Below are positions 38,453-38,747 of a DNA stretch of 38,747 bases, piece after piece. Location of the stretch: positions 1 to 38,747 of the IMG/VR virus record IMGVR_UViG_3300012943_000019; one strand, given 5' to 3'. Under the pieces are notes generated by a model that saw nothing but the letters and a program-made list of their open reading frames with translations, made no database searches and had not been told where the DNA came from. This stretch comes from a virus. Positions within the stretch are counted from its first letter, which is position 1. Each line of letters opens with the position of its first letter. A program made the translations under genes and the position numbers.

Positions 38453-38579
38453 CGTCTCTCCCTTCAAATTTGACCCCTTCCCAACGGGTAGGCCGGGTAA
38501 GATATATGACTACCCATGAGGCCACGTTGCAGGCCATTCCAGTCCCTACAATGGCCCATATCCAGTATTCGCGGGTCAC
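38439..38579 (-). CDS. Mini membrane protein (46 aa, VTREYWIWAIVGTGMACNVASWVVIYL...)
   Basis: GTG overlaps the stop of the junction-spanning gene (GTGA). One hydrophobic helix. Tentative. Confidence 0.3.
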   Translation of the reverse strand: MTREYWIWAIVGTGMACNVASWVVIYLTRPTRWEGVKFEGRDDEHA

Positions 38580-38747
38580 AGCTTCACCCCGAGCTTTTCA
38601 GACAGGGCGTCAAGGGCGGCTGTCATGAGGACATCGGAATTTTTGCAGTTCATGATACCCTTGTAAGTCAGGTTTTCGGCGGCAAACCGGAACCTCCCAT
38701 GCAATGGCTGACTGACCCAAATCTGCTTGGGGTCTTTTTGGGTAGCC
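38576..38747 (-). CDS. 3' portion of the junction-spanning gene (same gene as 1..185)
   Basis: The frame entering from the repeat continues ...NSDVLMTAALDALSEKLGVKL to stop TGA at 38578..38576. Confidence 0.5.
   Translation of the reverse strand, partial: ATQKDPKQIWVSQPLHGRFRFAAENLTYKGIMNCKNSDVLMTAALDALSEKLGVKL
38625..38747. repeat. Terminal direct repeat, right copy (identical to 1..123)
   Basis: Same 123-nt string as 1..123. The unique genome length is 38,624 bp. Confidence 0.95.

Overview
The window is one complete, terminally redundant dsDNA phage genome. Bases 1..123 are identical to 38625..38747, which closes it into a 38,624-bp unit, and one gene reads through that junction. I found no rRNA, tRNA, CRISPR array, integrase, reverse transcriptase, DNA polymerase or RNA polymerase by eye.

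Layout: two transcription arms diverge from a structured ~585-bp non-coding hub (1658..2243) and converge at about 21,970.

The rightward (+) arm starts with five small genes (2244..3511). It continues into a P22-like short-tail morphogenesis module: gp3-like small terminase, large terminase, portal, scaffold, P22-type coat, adaptor-like protein, gp10-like hub protein and three ejection-protein-like proteins. After that come two candidate receptor-binding proteins (a tail fibre and an SGNH-esterase-like protein) and a four-gene envelope cluster (20287..21976): Pal/OmpA-like lipoprotein, type-II membrane coiled-coil protein, DUF1353-like and DUF5675-like.

The leftward (-) arm (22,330 to 38,579, continuing through the junction into 1657..1) is an almost gap-free chain of translationally coupled early and replication genes. 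Recognisable products are PrimPol-helicase, DUF1376-like protein, an SSB-like protein with an SSB-type C-terminal tip, VRR-NUC nuclease, a PAPS-reductase-like PP-loop enzyme, a Lar-like zinc ribbon, four HNH endonucleases and a NUMOD3 protein. The rest are many small Cys-rich or membrane proteins.

The lipobox and OmpA-type motifs suggest a diderm host, and SD sites are AGGAG-like.

Most interesting candidates:
- a promoter-equipped gene whose N-terminus is 13 near-identical 15-nt tandem units encoding an atypical (G-[NDY]-[WR]-N-S) pentapeptide solenoid, followed by three small envelope proteins
- the non-canonical late envelope/lysis cluster, given that no classical endolysin is recognisable
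- the structured non-coding hub, with a put-like two-hairpin domain at the predicted start of the late transcript
- a conserved 35-nt hairpin element in front of two leftward operons

All family assignments are by-eye motif matches and need profile or structure searches.
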